Assembly: GCF_018350175.1 (NCBI RefSeq)
Contig: NC_058368.1
Span: 35,218,001-35,282,000 of the forward strand
From: Felis catus
Lineage: Eukaryota
Reading direction: 5' to 3'
Length of the DNA stretch: 64,000 bases
Positions 23,666-36,551 of this stretch are shown here, piece by piece. Made by a program: the position numbers and the translations under genes. Under the pieces are notes generated by a model. It did no database searches, was not told the DNA's origin, and saw only the letters and a program-made list of their open reading frames with translations. How positions within the stretch are numbered: the stretch's first letter is position 1; every line of letters starts with the position of its first letter.

Positions 23666-26579
23666 TTGCTAATCAGAGTATAGTGTACAAATTTCAGCTT
23701 TAACACATTTGCAAACCTGTTTCAGACATACACATTTTTTAAAGTATCACATTTCAGACCCACAAAGATTTTAATCCTATAACAGGAACAAATGTAATTT
23801 GCATAAATGTCTGCCTTGCTGTAGAATGACAGATCCTGAAATGAATTGATATGTGTAATATGGTACATTCTATGTGACAAGTGCTCAATGGCACAAGGCA
23901 AGTGTCTCTGGGATGAGATATAAGCCCTGTACACCAAAGTGGGGTGGAAGTGCAGCCCACAATTTATTTTACACTTCACAGGCTTTGCGCATCCAATAAT
24001 GTATTCATAAGTTCTTTTAAATAGAAATTTTGAACTTGAATTCCATGTCTGTCTTGAAAAGTAGTGCATATTAGGACAATATAAATAGGGAATAATTTAA
24101 GACTTGGCTTAACTTCTTTTTACTCTATTGTGCATCTATTTGTTATGAGACATGTAAATATCAGAAACATGTGGTATGCTGAGATTTTTGAAAATCTGAA
24201 GCAGAAGAGCTCATTTGTTGAAAATGAGGGAGAAATGTCCAATTCTGGTATCAAAACTCATATTGGTAATTTTGTTATTCAGACTCTTGCAATTTAAGGA
24301 ATCTAATCTTCAGAACCTCATTTAAAAAAGAGGTAATATTATCCCATTCTTCAAGAAAAAATTGTAGGTTTAAATTCTTAGAAAATATTAATTTAAAGCC
24401 AACTTATAAAGCCATCTCTATAAACAATACCAACAGTATAACAAACCGTGCACAAAAAAAAAAAAAAATCTTTCAACTTTCTGGTTGATCATCGGTATCT
24501 GTGCATGAGGTCAAATAATTATGTTGGTTGATTTTTTTTTTTAATAAACAATTTCAACAATTGCAAGTATTGACATTTATCACAGAATCTACCAGTTTAT
24601 TCAACTAAAGGCAAGAATCCTAGGGATTACTTGTTTATATATACACGATGTTCCCACAACAGTAACCATCTGTAACTACTCTCAAGCAGCTTCGTGTTTT
24701 CCCAAGGTCCAGTCATAATTATTAGATTTTTCAAGAGGAGACTAACAGAAATAAATTTTAGATATTTCAGGCTAGAAATCTTTATAGAGAAATGGAAAAT
24801 TTTTATTTCAAAAAATAGTCTATACATTTCTATTCCCTAGAGCAAGAGCTGGCTTATGGCTTAATACCCGACCAACATGGCTACCCACAAAATCTATGTG
24901 ATAGAGACAGTTTTATGGTACAGATTTTTTTTAGTCACTCAATCCATTTATTTCCCCCACTGACAGTTTTTGAAGCATCCGGTATCTACATTTGGGGATG
25001 GTTTCTGAAATCACTGATATAATTCGTTAATTTTCAGTCTCAAAACCCAAATATTAAGATGAAATTTCAGCTGCCAGTATTACATTTTGACAGATTGTTG
25101 CATGTTTGAAGGCATTACTAATAATGTGTAACATTAGTTTATAAAACTAATTTTTAAAATTTTTATCTGGTATGTGTGATACTCATAAAGTAAGAGAGCT
25201 TGAACTTGCCTGTGTCTATAGCAACAGGGAGTCCCTGCTTCTGAAATAGTTGTTAGCCATGAATGAATTTTAAAAGAGTTAGTGGACAGGTTTGTGGAGA
25301 ATATGTAGCTAAACTTAGTAGAAAAAGTTGATTCAAAACTAAAAGATCATGTTTACTTTAGACATTTGCTTACACTGTAGGCTACTTCTGGCTTCTGTCT
25401 TGCATCCCAAGTTGCTTCACAAGTTGCCAAAATATATTGGAAGCAAATTTTCAGTAACTTTAGTATAATCTATATCCTGGCTGGATATTTTAAATATTTT
25501 AATATTTCTGAAAATTCATGTATGGTAAGTCACATTCACACTCCAAAATTTATAGTCCCTGAGTAGCAGTAATTCCTGTTTCTGCCACTGACTTATAGCC
25601 TTGACAATTCCTTCCTTCCTTTTTTTTTTCTTTTTTTTTTAATATGAAATTTAACACTGCTGGCTCTGGCAGGAAGGTAATCCTCCCCAATTATTTTCTT
25701 CTCTACATTTAGTATTCATGAATGAGTTTGATTAAAGAGTTGGTATGGATGGGGCTTATCACGCAACATACTGCAGGCTGACTAGCAAAACAAAAACAAA
25801 AACAAAAAACAAAAAAACTTAATATTACAAAATACCAACAGTGTGATTAAACTGCAGGAGCAAAATGAAAACATACTTGCTGATCACCCTGAAAATCATA
25901 TTCAGCTATGCAACATTATCAGAAAAGTATAGACAAAATACTATGTCTGGAAGATCACTCCATTATATTTTACTTAATTCAGAAGAACATTTTTTCTGCT
26001 GAAGAGCAGTCCTCCATATTAGTCATTTCCTATTTCTCAGGTTGGTCACACCATAAGAGCACAGGTGATTTGGGGAATAAAAAAGGAAGGACAGGAGTAG
26101 AGTATATTTTTGCTTTATTATGTCATCAGGCAGTTTTTTTTCTATAAATATCCATGTTTCTAAAATTATTCCTTTTCAATTATAACATTATCAGCCAGGA
26201 CTTTTTGAGCTATATAAAAGTAGGTAAAAATGTTCATCAGAAATTCTGTTTTGTGTTGTTACCGTTGTCTTCATCATTAGGACACAGTAGAGTAGACAAC
26301 TGGTTAGAATCAGACTTTTCTTTCTTGTAATGAAGTCACCTCATACCCCTGAGTAAATTAATTTTTTTGATTCTGTGTTCTCTCCATTTATTAAATAAAT
26401 ATAAAAGTAGCCATCACTTTCAGAACTTAGTATTTTAATTGGATTATATAAAGAAGTTTTGATATCTCATCTTAGAAAGTTCTAGAGAAGTATCATGTAT
26501 GATGATCAGTTTACAACTTTAAAGTTATTACAAGTTCATCTGTTGTATTTCAATAACTGTTCAAAATAAAGGTCTAATG

Positions 26580-26761
26580 CAGTGGTTCTCACACTTTACT
26601 CAGCATCAGAATCACATGGAAAGCTTGTGATACAGTATTGGGGAGCCTCATTCTGAAAGTTTCTGATTCAGTCAGGACTGAGGCGGTATCTGAGAATCTG
26701 CATTTCTAACAAATTCCCAGGTGATACCATTGCTCAAGTCACCATGCTTTAGGAACTACTG
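26580..26761. mobile_element. MER5A-like hAT-Charlie DNA transposon
   Basis: Termini cagtggttctca ... ggaactactg; internal gcatcagaatcac, tttctgattcagt, ctgcatttctaacaaattcccaggtgat. Confidence 0.88.
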
Positions 26762-27308
26762 ATCTAAAGAACAGCTTTGTTCTATGAACAGACATAAAAA
26801 TGATAGCCATAAAATATATAAAGGTGACTACAGAATAATATAAATTCACAGATGCATTTGTCTTTCTGTTCATTTCAACGTCCATTTTTGGAAGCTTTGC
26901 TAAGAAGTGGTTTAGACCATAACAAAAAGTCATACAGCCTGAATTGCAAAGATGAATTACATGCTTAACAAGACAGATGCCTGGAAAGATAGCTACATTA
27001 GGTCACTATACCATAAACTGTATTTTCTGCCACACACAATAGCTAGGAGTCCAGCTAACTCAATACAAAACAATATTAATGCTTTTACATTACCAGAGGA
27101 TCACATTCCCATTAGCATCCGCCTCTGTGAAAGGTATTCCCAAGTTGGAAGTTAGCCAAACTCCTTCAGACAATCTCAACTTACAACACAATGTAATTTG
27201 GAAATGGACATATGGCAATAAATATGGCTACAAAATATTGTGCAAGCCCTTGCTCAGACTTCTTGGGTGACAGAGAAAACTGAGCATCTAGAGATTTCCT
27301 TAATGGTA

Positions 27309-27318
27309 GCGCGCGCGC

Positions 27319-27349
<31 letters not shown>
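27309..27349. repeat. (GC)6(GT)14 alternating purine-pyrimidine tract
   Basis: Directly visible. Confidence 0.97.
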
Positions 27350-27351
<2 letters not shown>

Positions 27352-28159
27352 TATGAAACATATTACCATGATCTTTGGCTCTGTGGCCACAGAAAAATAA
27401 ACATTCTTTCTGAAATTGAATAAACAAACATTTTATCACTCCAGTCACTTTTAATACACAAATCCTTGCCTGTGCTCAGTAAGATATAAGTGGTAAGGAT
27501 AAGAGAGGATTACAAGCTGGGTTTCTTATATTGTATAACTGGTCACGTTTTCGTCCACAAAGGAGATGACTTACACCATTTTCTTGTACTTGGTGAAACT
27601 AAAGAACTAAAGCTGACAACATTAAAGCAAAAATATTTAAAACCTGATAGAATTTTAAGTGAGGTCTGTTTCCATTTTTTTCCTCTGCTGTGTATGTCAG
27701 GCAGGAGACTATAGTGGACTTCTCGTAATAAGAACGAGTTTTTCTATTCTCTTGCCTTTTAGCATTATCCTTCAAGCACAGCCACCTACTCAGACACTCA
27801 ACATGACTTTCTATGACTTCTCAGTAAATGAAGCTCACTCCACTAACCCAAGGGTACTGTCAATCTAAACTATCGATATGAAAGCTTGAATTGCACATTT
27901 TATGACCAGCCAACTGTACTTAGGCAGTGGCCATATTTAGAAGAGTGCTATTTTCTTATCTTTTAAAATCATATTCTACTTTGTCCTCTCACCAATATCA
28001 GAAACCTATCATTTTGCATATTAAATGCAACATTATTAAAAATGCAGCAGAATAAATGGGTAGCTCTATTTATATCCAAAAGAATTTTAGAGTTATTTCT
28101 TTCAGACAGAAATCTCCAGAAAACAGTGTTAAGATTTTTTTCCAACTAACTGTATTTTA

Positions 28160-29022
28160 CTTATTTTTTCATTGAGGTGAGATTTGTATATAACCTTATT
28201 AGTTTCAAGTGTACAATGTAATAATTCAATGTTTGCATATATTACAAAGCAATCACCACAATGAACCTAGTTACCATCCATCACCATACAATTGACCCCT
28301 TAACCCATTTCGCCCACCTCCCAATCCCCTTTCCCACTGATAACCACCAATCTGTTCTCTGGATCTGAGTCTGGTTTGGTTTGATTTAGTTTGGTTTGTT
28401 TTGTGTTATTTGTTTTGTTTGTACATTCTACATGAAAGTGAACTTACACAGTAGTTGTCTTTCTCTGTCTGACTGACTTCACTTAGCATAATACCCTCAA
28501 GTTTCATCCATGTCATTGCAAATGGCAATATTTTCCTCTTTTATGACTGAGTAATACTCAATTGCATATATTTACCACATCTTCTTTATCCATTCATCTA
28601 TTGTTGGACATTTAGGTTCATTCCATATCTTAGCTATTGTAAATAATGTTGCAGTGAACGTGGTGCATATATCTTTTCAAGTTAGTGTTTTCATTTGCTT
28701 CAGATAAATACCCAAAAGTAGAATAGTTGCATCATATGGTCGTTTTATTTTTAAGTTTTTGAGGTACCTCAATACTGTTCTCCACAGTGCCTGCATCAAT
28801 TTTTGCATTCCTACCAACAGTGTATAAGGGCTCCCTTTTCTCTACAGCCTGTCCAACACCTGCTGTTTCCTTTGTTTTTGGTAATAGCCATTCCAACTGG
28901 TGTGAGGTAATATTTCATTGTGGTTATGATGTGCATTTCCCTGACGACTAGGGATGTTGAACATCTTTTCATGTGTTTTTTAGCCAGGTATATGTCTTTC
29001 TTGAAAAAATGTCTATTAAGAT
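28160..29022 (-). mobile_element. L1 3' end (L1MA9/carnivore-type), 5'-truncated
   Basis: ttcacttagcataataccctc; ccacatcttctttatccattcatct; ggtgtgaggtaatatttcattgtggtt. Confidence 0.9.
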
Positions 29023-29632
29023 TATGAAATTGGCAAGTATATATCCCATGTTAACTAACTCTATACTAATTCTGGCAAATGTTTCTCTTCATTAAGATAT
29101 TTATTTTCTTGATATGTTGATATCAGAGACTATCTACTTTTTCAGAGTGGAAAAGGATAAGGAAACTATCTGACTCCTCTCAGCCTTCTGTAAAGCCACT
29201 TAAGATTTCACTGCATATTATTCTGCTATTATTCTATCCTTTTTAAACAAGTTAGTCAGACAGTTCCACAAAGACCAAACATTTTGATTCAATAAGATTG
29301 GATGGACATGGACCTCCAATGCACTGGAGGTATTTTAGTTTGTGTTTTCCCCTTACCTAATAAATCAATTTTAAAATAACCAACCAACAAGAGAGGCCTA
29401 CACAGAAGCCAAATCATTGGCAAAATGGGCCATAATATAGCTAATAATGTATTGTCCACCATCTTAAATGTTAATTGGTTTTGTACTGACTAAATCAGTT
29501 GAAAATACCAACTCAGAATTCCCTCAGGCAATGTTAGTGCCTCACTGTAACTAAGCTGCTATTTATTGCCTGTCACAATACTGACCGTAGAAAGTTTTCC
29601 TTTGGTCAAAATAAAAGCACAGAGGAAGAGAG

Positions 29633-29722
29633 TTTTTTTGTTTTGTTTTGTTTTGTTTTTAAGAATGAGAAAGAGTGGGGGAGAAGGGCAGAGAGAGAGA
29701 GAAAGAGGGAGGGAGGGAGAGA

Positions 29723-29762
<40 letters not shown>

Positions 29763-29900
29763 GAGAGACAGAGAGACAGAATCTCAAGCAGGCTCCACAC
29801 TCAGTGGGGAGCCCAACATGGGACTTGATCTCAGGACCCTGGAATCATGACCTGAGCTGAAATCAAGAGTCACTCAATGGACTGAGCCAACCAGGTGCCC
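29633..29900 (-). mobile_element. CanSINE with expanded (GA)n
   Basis: atctcaagcaggctccacactcagtg; ends ccaggtgccc; flanking gaagagag. Confidence 0.92.
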
Positions 29901-30056
29901 TGAAGAGAGAATTTTTCAACAATGCCATGAATATAACACATGTGTGTGATATTAGATAAAATTTAATCTGTGTGGTCACAATGCAGTTCTGATATAATGA
30001 AATGAATATTATATTTAAAGCAGATGACAGACCTGGATTTGTGGCTAGGATTTATT

Positions 30057-30262
30057 GTTTTGTTTTAATACTTATTTATTTTTGAGAGAGAAAGAGAGAC
30101 AGAGTGTGAGTGGAGGAGGAGCAGAGAGAGAGGGAGACACAGAATCCGAAGCAGGCTCCAGGCTCTGAGATGTCTGCACAGAGCCTGATGCGGGGCTCAA
30201 ACTCACGAACCATAAGATCATGACCTGAGTCAAAGTCAGTCGTCTAACCATGCCAGGCGCCC
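30057..30262 (-). mobile_element. CanSINE (feline type)
   Basis: TSD ctaggatttatt at 30045-30056 and 30263-30274. Confidence 0.95.
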
Positions 30263-30479
30263 CTAGGATTTATTCTTCATTATTTATGGAACTCTCTTAA
30301 TTTATGTGGGCTTTGGTCATCATAAATGGGGAAGGGTGAGCATAGTAAGGCCTCCTTCATAATGCTGTTTTGGGCATGAAAATGATGCATTTGAAAATAC
30401 TTTTGAATATAAAATCTCTATATAAATATTAGGTTTGTGACCCCCCCCCCTTGCCCACCCACCTCAGTTTCCTCCTGTT

Positions 30480-31748
30480 GTCTCAAAGGTACAGTCCTCC
30501 AGACAATCTTGAAATTCAATTTATGGCTACAGTGATCACCCATATATTGCTGACTCTCATATTTCCATTTGTTGTTTACAATTCTATCCACTCCAATCCC
30601 ACTGATTACCACACATCTCTGTTTGAGAGTCTTTCTAAAGCTCTTCAAGCTCCTCAAAATCAGAATCCACTCTTTTCCCTTGTAAAATCCGCCAATTTTC
30701 TTACATTCTCCTTCTTGGTGACTGGAACCACCATCCATTATTATCTCATTCTCTCTTTGTCATCTCTCTCCAGCTGGTCACAAGCCTTGTTCATTCTAGA
30801 TCATTAATATTGCTTAGTGAAAAACTTTTGTATCAATTGCTATTGACATTGTTGAAGTTCAAGCCTTTACCTCTTCCTAAGGGAAATGTTACGAACAGGT
30901 CTCCTCTTATCTCCACCATTCCACTTCAAAGTGGAACCCTCAAAGTGCTGTCAAAGTGCTCTCATTACACACACATCTGATTCGGTTATTCTTTCCTTAA
31001 ATTTTTTCTTTCCATTTTAGAAAGAGAGAGAGAGAGACCACGTGCTCATGAATGTGCATTCACAAGTGGGGGAGCATTCACAAGAAAGAGAGACACAGAG
31101 AGAGAGACAGAGAGAGAATCTTAAGCAGGCTCCATTCCCGGCACTGAGCCTGACACAGGGCTCAATCCCACAATCCTGGGATCATGACCTGAGCCAAAAT
31201 CAAGACTTGGATGTTCAACTGACTGAGCTACCTGGCCGCCCTTAGGTTATTCCTTTCTTAAAATCCTCCACTAACTTGCAATCATCTTGAGGGAGGAATA
31301 TGAATTCCTCCATGCAGACTTCCCCAGATCTAGCTTCCCTCTAGAGCTACCTCTTCTCCAGTTCACCACTCCCACTCTAATTTCTAGACTTGTTGAAAAT
31401 GGAAGCTCTCCATATGTGCCTCACAGTTCCACTAAGCCCTTGCTTTTCATCACAGACCTCTCCTTCTGCCTACAAGAACTTCATTCTTTGCCTCTCATTC
31501 TTGAAGAAACATTAGATCCATGGTTTTCCGAAAAGCTTTGCCTCAGGCTGATATCAGGGACCCCTCTGTGGTACTAGATCACCCTGGTCACATCCTTATC
31601 TTTAAAACACACCAACAGTTTTATAATTATTGTCTTATTCTTTGTCTTTCTTAATTAGCATGTGAGTATTAATTTTTCATTTACTATCTAAATGACCAGT
31701 GTCATTGTTGCCCAGAACACTGCAGATGTTCAATAAATGAATGCTGAA
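30480..31748 (+). mobile_element. L2 relic including 3' tail
   Basis: Pyrimidine-rich L2 motifs; ends gatgttcaataaatgaatgctgaa. Confidence 0.65.
31001..31241 (-). mobile_element. CanSINE
   Basis: gagaatcttaagcaggctcca; gggatcatgacctgagccaaaatcaaga; flanking ggttattc. Confidence 0.9.
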
Positions 31749-33359
31749 GGAGCACATTTTTCCTAGCCATTTGTCTTTCTTTGATATGTTAAAATGTCAC
31801 TAAAATATTTTACACAAGTTAATAATGTCTGTTTACCAGGAGAAATGCTACCTACCTGCCTGTATATATCCCCAAACCACATTTTGCCATGAAAATGGAG
31901 TTAGAAATTCCAATCATAGGGAAAGAAGTCACATTTGTATCCAATTCTATCATAATAATCCCAGGTCTAGGAACACTACCTGATTTCCAGAACAGTGAAG
32001 TGAAAATCACCAAATAACCTTGTCTCATTCCAAGCAACACTAAAGGTTGAGAGGGTCTTTCTTTGGATAACGATGACTCAATGTATTAAAATCAAACCTG
32101 ACATTAGAGATTTATTCAATGCTTAAGAACATTTATCTTTTACCCATTAATTTTGTAAGTCTAAATGATGATGAATTTAAAATGTGATATAGCCTCTCTC
32201 ATTTAAAAGATGTGCTTTGCACTAAAATATGACTATGTTGTTTTACATACATTCAGAATTTCTATATAAAAAAAAAAATCCTAGCTCTTGTTTTGTTTTC
32301 TTTTGGTTGGTATTGTAAATAACGACAATCTGTCTCTGTTTAGGGCAAGAGGGACATGCTATAATAAGGAAGATGCTTTTTAAAAATAACTCCCTTATTT
32401 CACAAAATGATATTCAGAAGAAATGAAGTAAGGAAAAGGAAGCCAGTAGTATGGGAAATTCTTCATCAATGTACACAAGCATATCAGCCAGAAACAGGAA
32501 AGCAACGAATAATTCAGGTGGTCCATAAATTACACTCTAATTGACATAAACAACTTGAGGTCAAAGCTCAAATTTACTGATTGTTTTTTATAAATAGTTT
32601 TCCTTGTTTCTTCCTCCTTTTTATCCTGTGACCACACCCTTCTCACACTAACCACATTCTACAAAATTTTGCCTGTCTCCAAAGATAAACAAATATATTT
32701 ATTTAAAAGATCCTGTAATTTATTTTATTCTCTTCAAAGACTCCTTGGGAAAAAAAAGACTTCATTTTTATGTTTTCCCCTCAGAAAATTAAAAGTGTCT
32801 TAAGGAAATAATTTTACTATCATCATACATTTGGGGATTTGCATTCATGTACAAAGCCAACTTTATTTTGTAGTTAGAAAAAGATGACATGGGATACGCT
32901 GATGTCATGACATCTTTTAGGGAAAGGGCACTAGAACTGGGTTTTGATAAAATTCTCTCCAAAGATCTTTCGGCATTCTTATTACTAAACCTTTTATTAA
33001 ATTCCCTGATACTTAAGCAATGAGCCAAATACTGGATGAAAATTTCCTTATGTGCTAAAAGAATCATCTAGAAGATTTTCTGATTATCAAAATGCCCTCT
33101 GGATTACTGATACCACCATTTCCAGTTAAAGATATAGGCAATGAGCCTAACCAAAAAATACTCAGAAGACTCAATCTCCAATTTCTTAAAGATATAATCA
33201 TCTCAACAACCCCTAAAGATTAAACTAAAGAGAAGTGATACAGCTGAGAAACAAGTCAAAGCTTATATATTTAAATATGTAATTTTTCCTATAACATTTG
33301 TATCTATTGTTAATGAAAACAAAAGAGTAAAGATACTCACAAAATAAACTTCAGCTGTA

Positions 33360-33480
33360 GGTGGCACCTGGCTGATTCAGTAGGTAGAACATGTGACTTT
33401 TCATCTTGGGTTTGTAGGTTTAAGCCCTAAGTTGGGTGTAGAGATTACTTAAAAATAAAATCTTAAAAACAAAACAAAAC
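33360..33480 (+). mobile_element. Short old CanSINE (SINEC_old-like)
   Basis: tRNA head then ttgggtgtagagattacttaaaaataaaatctt; TSD aaacttcagct(g/a)ta. Confidence 0.88.
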
Positions 33481-34319
33481 AAACTTCAGCTATAAATTTA
33501 TAAGTAGCTCCTTTGCTTTTATTTGCAATTTATTGCAATTATTTGTATATAAATTAACTCACTACCTTTATATGTTCCAGTGTTAGTGGTCATGCAGAAA
33601 ACTCACATTAACTGAAATTTTAAATCACTATATTTGATAATTTGGCTCTTTGACACTTCTGTGGTATATGTTACTTTCAATTTCTACAATTAAAATAACA
33701 AAACCCTTACAACATGACCTCAGAGAGATCTTGCAATGCCTCTCTAAGATGGCAAGGAACAAGGTAGTATCTTTCAAAAATGAAAAGAGAGAGTGAGAGA
33801 CAGAGACAGAGAGAATAGCTTTAATCATTCAGGTCTCTTTGAAGAAAATGGCTAAGTACATTTGTTGTTTTTAAAATAAACTGCTTTGAGAGAGGGAGAA
33901 AAAAAGCCATGACACATAATATAAACAGATGTCCTAATTTCAGTAACACTGGCATTAAAAGCCCCCAACACATGCATATTCTTAGGACTGGAATAAAGGT
34001 TGTAGCTTTGCAAAGAAACCTAAATCTCTCATAAGATACCCACTTACCAGAGGTTAATTAAATTGCAAGAGAAAGAAAACTCTACTTGTTTACAGAAGAG
34101 ATCTGTTCTAAGATCAGGTTGTTAAGATCTTTCAAAAAAAATTTTTTGAAAGAAAAAATCTAATCAAATGTATTAGAAAGTAATCTAAAATTTTTACTGA
34201 AAACAATTATCACCTTTAAATAACGGTAAACATATATCAGTGGTACCCTGTCCCTTTTATTGATAAATTAGCACATTCAGAATCTTCCTAAAATTCCATG
34301 AAATACCATGATCATTTAT

Positions 34320-34580
34320 ACTACACCTTCCATGCCCGCATTCCTTGACTATCACATCTAAAGCAGCCACCCCAATGCCACATGTTCTCATCTCATCTCT
34401 TTTTTTCTTATCACTATTTTAAATGTTCCTCCCTGTTTAACTTGCTCATTTACCCATCTTCCATCCCCCAAGAATGTCCACACTCTATACGTGGGACCAT
34501 GTCTAACTTGCTAAGTGTGTACTCCCAGGACCCTACAATGTGCCTGGCATACATAGTAGCAATACAATGAGTTATTTAAA
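34320..34580 (+). mobile_element. L2 3' end
   Basis: gggaccatgtct..cctacaatgtgcctggcatacatagtagc. Confidence 0.7.
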
Positions 34581-36245
34581 ATTCCTTTCACACATTCACT
34601 CACTAATGTTACATGTGTCTTTTATTATATCATGATGATGCTCTGTATGAAATCAAATATGCTTTTGTGCCTGAATATACATGCAGATTTATAAGCCAAG
34701 GCCCTTAGACTTTTTTCATTCTTTGAATGAATGAATGAATTCACTCATTCATCCATGTTTTTCCTTTGTGAAGAGTCCTCTGTGGGGCCTCAGATGAAGT
34801 TCATTGGCTGAGACACTCTAAAATCAGCACCACCTCCCTTCCAGCAGCAGGCTGCCAGGCTGATCACTGATGGAGGAGCATATGCATCGTCATGCATGCA
34901 AAGGTTGCGTTGTATACTTCCCCTACAACCAGCATCAAGAAGCAGGCAGGGCTGCTATCACCAGGCTCCTTTAGGATGATTCTTCCCATCTGCTCTTTAG
35001 ACCCCAAGGGAGAAGAGGAGGAAAAAAAGCACAAAAGAAGGAAGGCAGGATAAGAGAAAACACAGCTGAGGGAAAGGGGTGTGGTAGCTTTTCCCCAAAC
35101 CATCAATCGCCAAGGTTACTTTTGGCAGAGAGAAAAAGAAAAAGGGCCAGACTGTGCCTGCTTGAAGCTTTTGTACTTCTGCCCAGACTGTGGGGAAAAT
35201 GATGGGATTAAATAAAAATGCCAGTGATAACAAAAAGGAAATCTTCCCAATAGTTTTCCTTGCCTGAAGGATGAACTGCTTGAAGCACTGACCTCCCTGC
35301 CTGTCTCAATGAGGTCAAGAAACTGGCTGTCACTCCTACAATTATGATTAATGATGCTCCCGCTGGTGACATATTTCTAACCACAGTCTCTGGAGTGCAG
35401 CAAGACTCAGTTGCCTTGTGTTGTGTGGAGTCATTGCTCTGGCAAAAGATCTATTTGCTACAGCTACAGGCTTAGCTTTCAACAAGGCATCCTCTTGATT
35501 CTTTGCTGCGACATCCTATCATGAGAGAACAGAGAGCCCGGTACAAAGAATGACTGCTAAGAAGGATAAAACATTAAATTAATTTTAAAAAAGCTTTTGT
35601 ACTGAACGGCAAAATGCGGCATAATGAATAATTAAACAATTAATAATGTAATCCTCTTAAAAGCACAGAACCACTATGCGAGAAGATTAAGTGTTTAACA
35701 GTTTCCAGTATAATGCAAATGGTAAGGATGAGCCTTTTTTTCTTTTTTTCCCCACTTTTTAGGGTAATAGAATTGAAAGCACATTTCCGGATTTTAATTA
35801 AATACTATTAAATTTTCAGTAATAAGCCAGCAACAACAGTGCTGCAATATGGAAGGATTATCAAATACAAAGGTAAGTACACAATAGCAAGAAGCTAACA
35901 TTTCTTGCTTCTTTTTTATATAAAAAGAGGTTACCTGAAAAGTTGCGGTCCCTTTCTAAGCTGCTATGGTACACATCACCAAGTATCAAGCTGAATGCTA
36001 ATCTGTGATAATGACTGTAAGATTGAGATTTAGATTAATAAATTTCAATTTCAACCGTCCAATTGTAGAAAAGGAACTGAAAAGCAGTGTAGAAAAACAA
36101 AGCAACTGCTGCATCCAAATTCCCATTCCCATTCCCAAATTACATTCTCAAAGCTGCAGTTAATACTCTGTACAACACTATACCTATGTTACTGAGTATA
36201 TTTTCATTATTTCCTAAAATATCACAACTTAACTTAGTTTTCTTA

Positions 36246-36551
36246 GTGTCTTAAATCAGTTTCTCCAGTACATAAGAGAAAGATTCATGTACAAGTCATT
36301 TAGTAGGAAAGTTCTTCCAGGAGAAATGATGAGGCACTGGAGAAGAAGCCAAAGAAGGTGCATCTTCAAATGAACCCCAACTCAGCCAGATCATGCAGGG
36401 AGCTCTGGAACATAAAATACACCATACTTTGCTCACCACCTGGCCTAGGTGATTCCTGCAGCCCCAGGTTGAATGTTCTCAAGGGGCAGCACATGCAGAA
36501 GAGGCACTGGACAGGAAAGGAGTTTCCAGGGACCTAGAATGTCTCTACACA
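36246..36551 (-). mobile_element. LTR16-like ERVL LTR relic
   Basis: gtgtcttaaatcagtttctccag..aaagattcatgtacaagtcattta; cagggagctctggaacataaa. Confidence 0.5.

Noticed and set aside
25620..25653. Ultra-short L1 tail insertion (poly-T plus aatatgaaattta, as at 44541-44553)
   Set aside because: Only 13 AT-rich bases match and there is no TSD.
34128..34153. 12 bp hairpin tctttcaaaaaa/ttttttgaaaga as a functional structure
   Set aside because: Low-complexity A/T arms are expected by chance or slippage.
35935..36014. Minus-strand coding exon (HYHRLAFSLILGDVYHSSLERDRNFS)
   Set aside because: Good donor but mediocre acceptor and no recognisable protein; kept only as part of the candidate enhancer.
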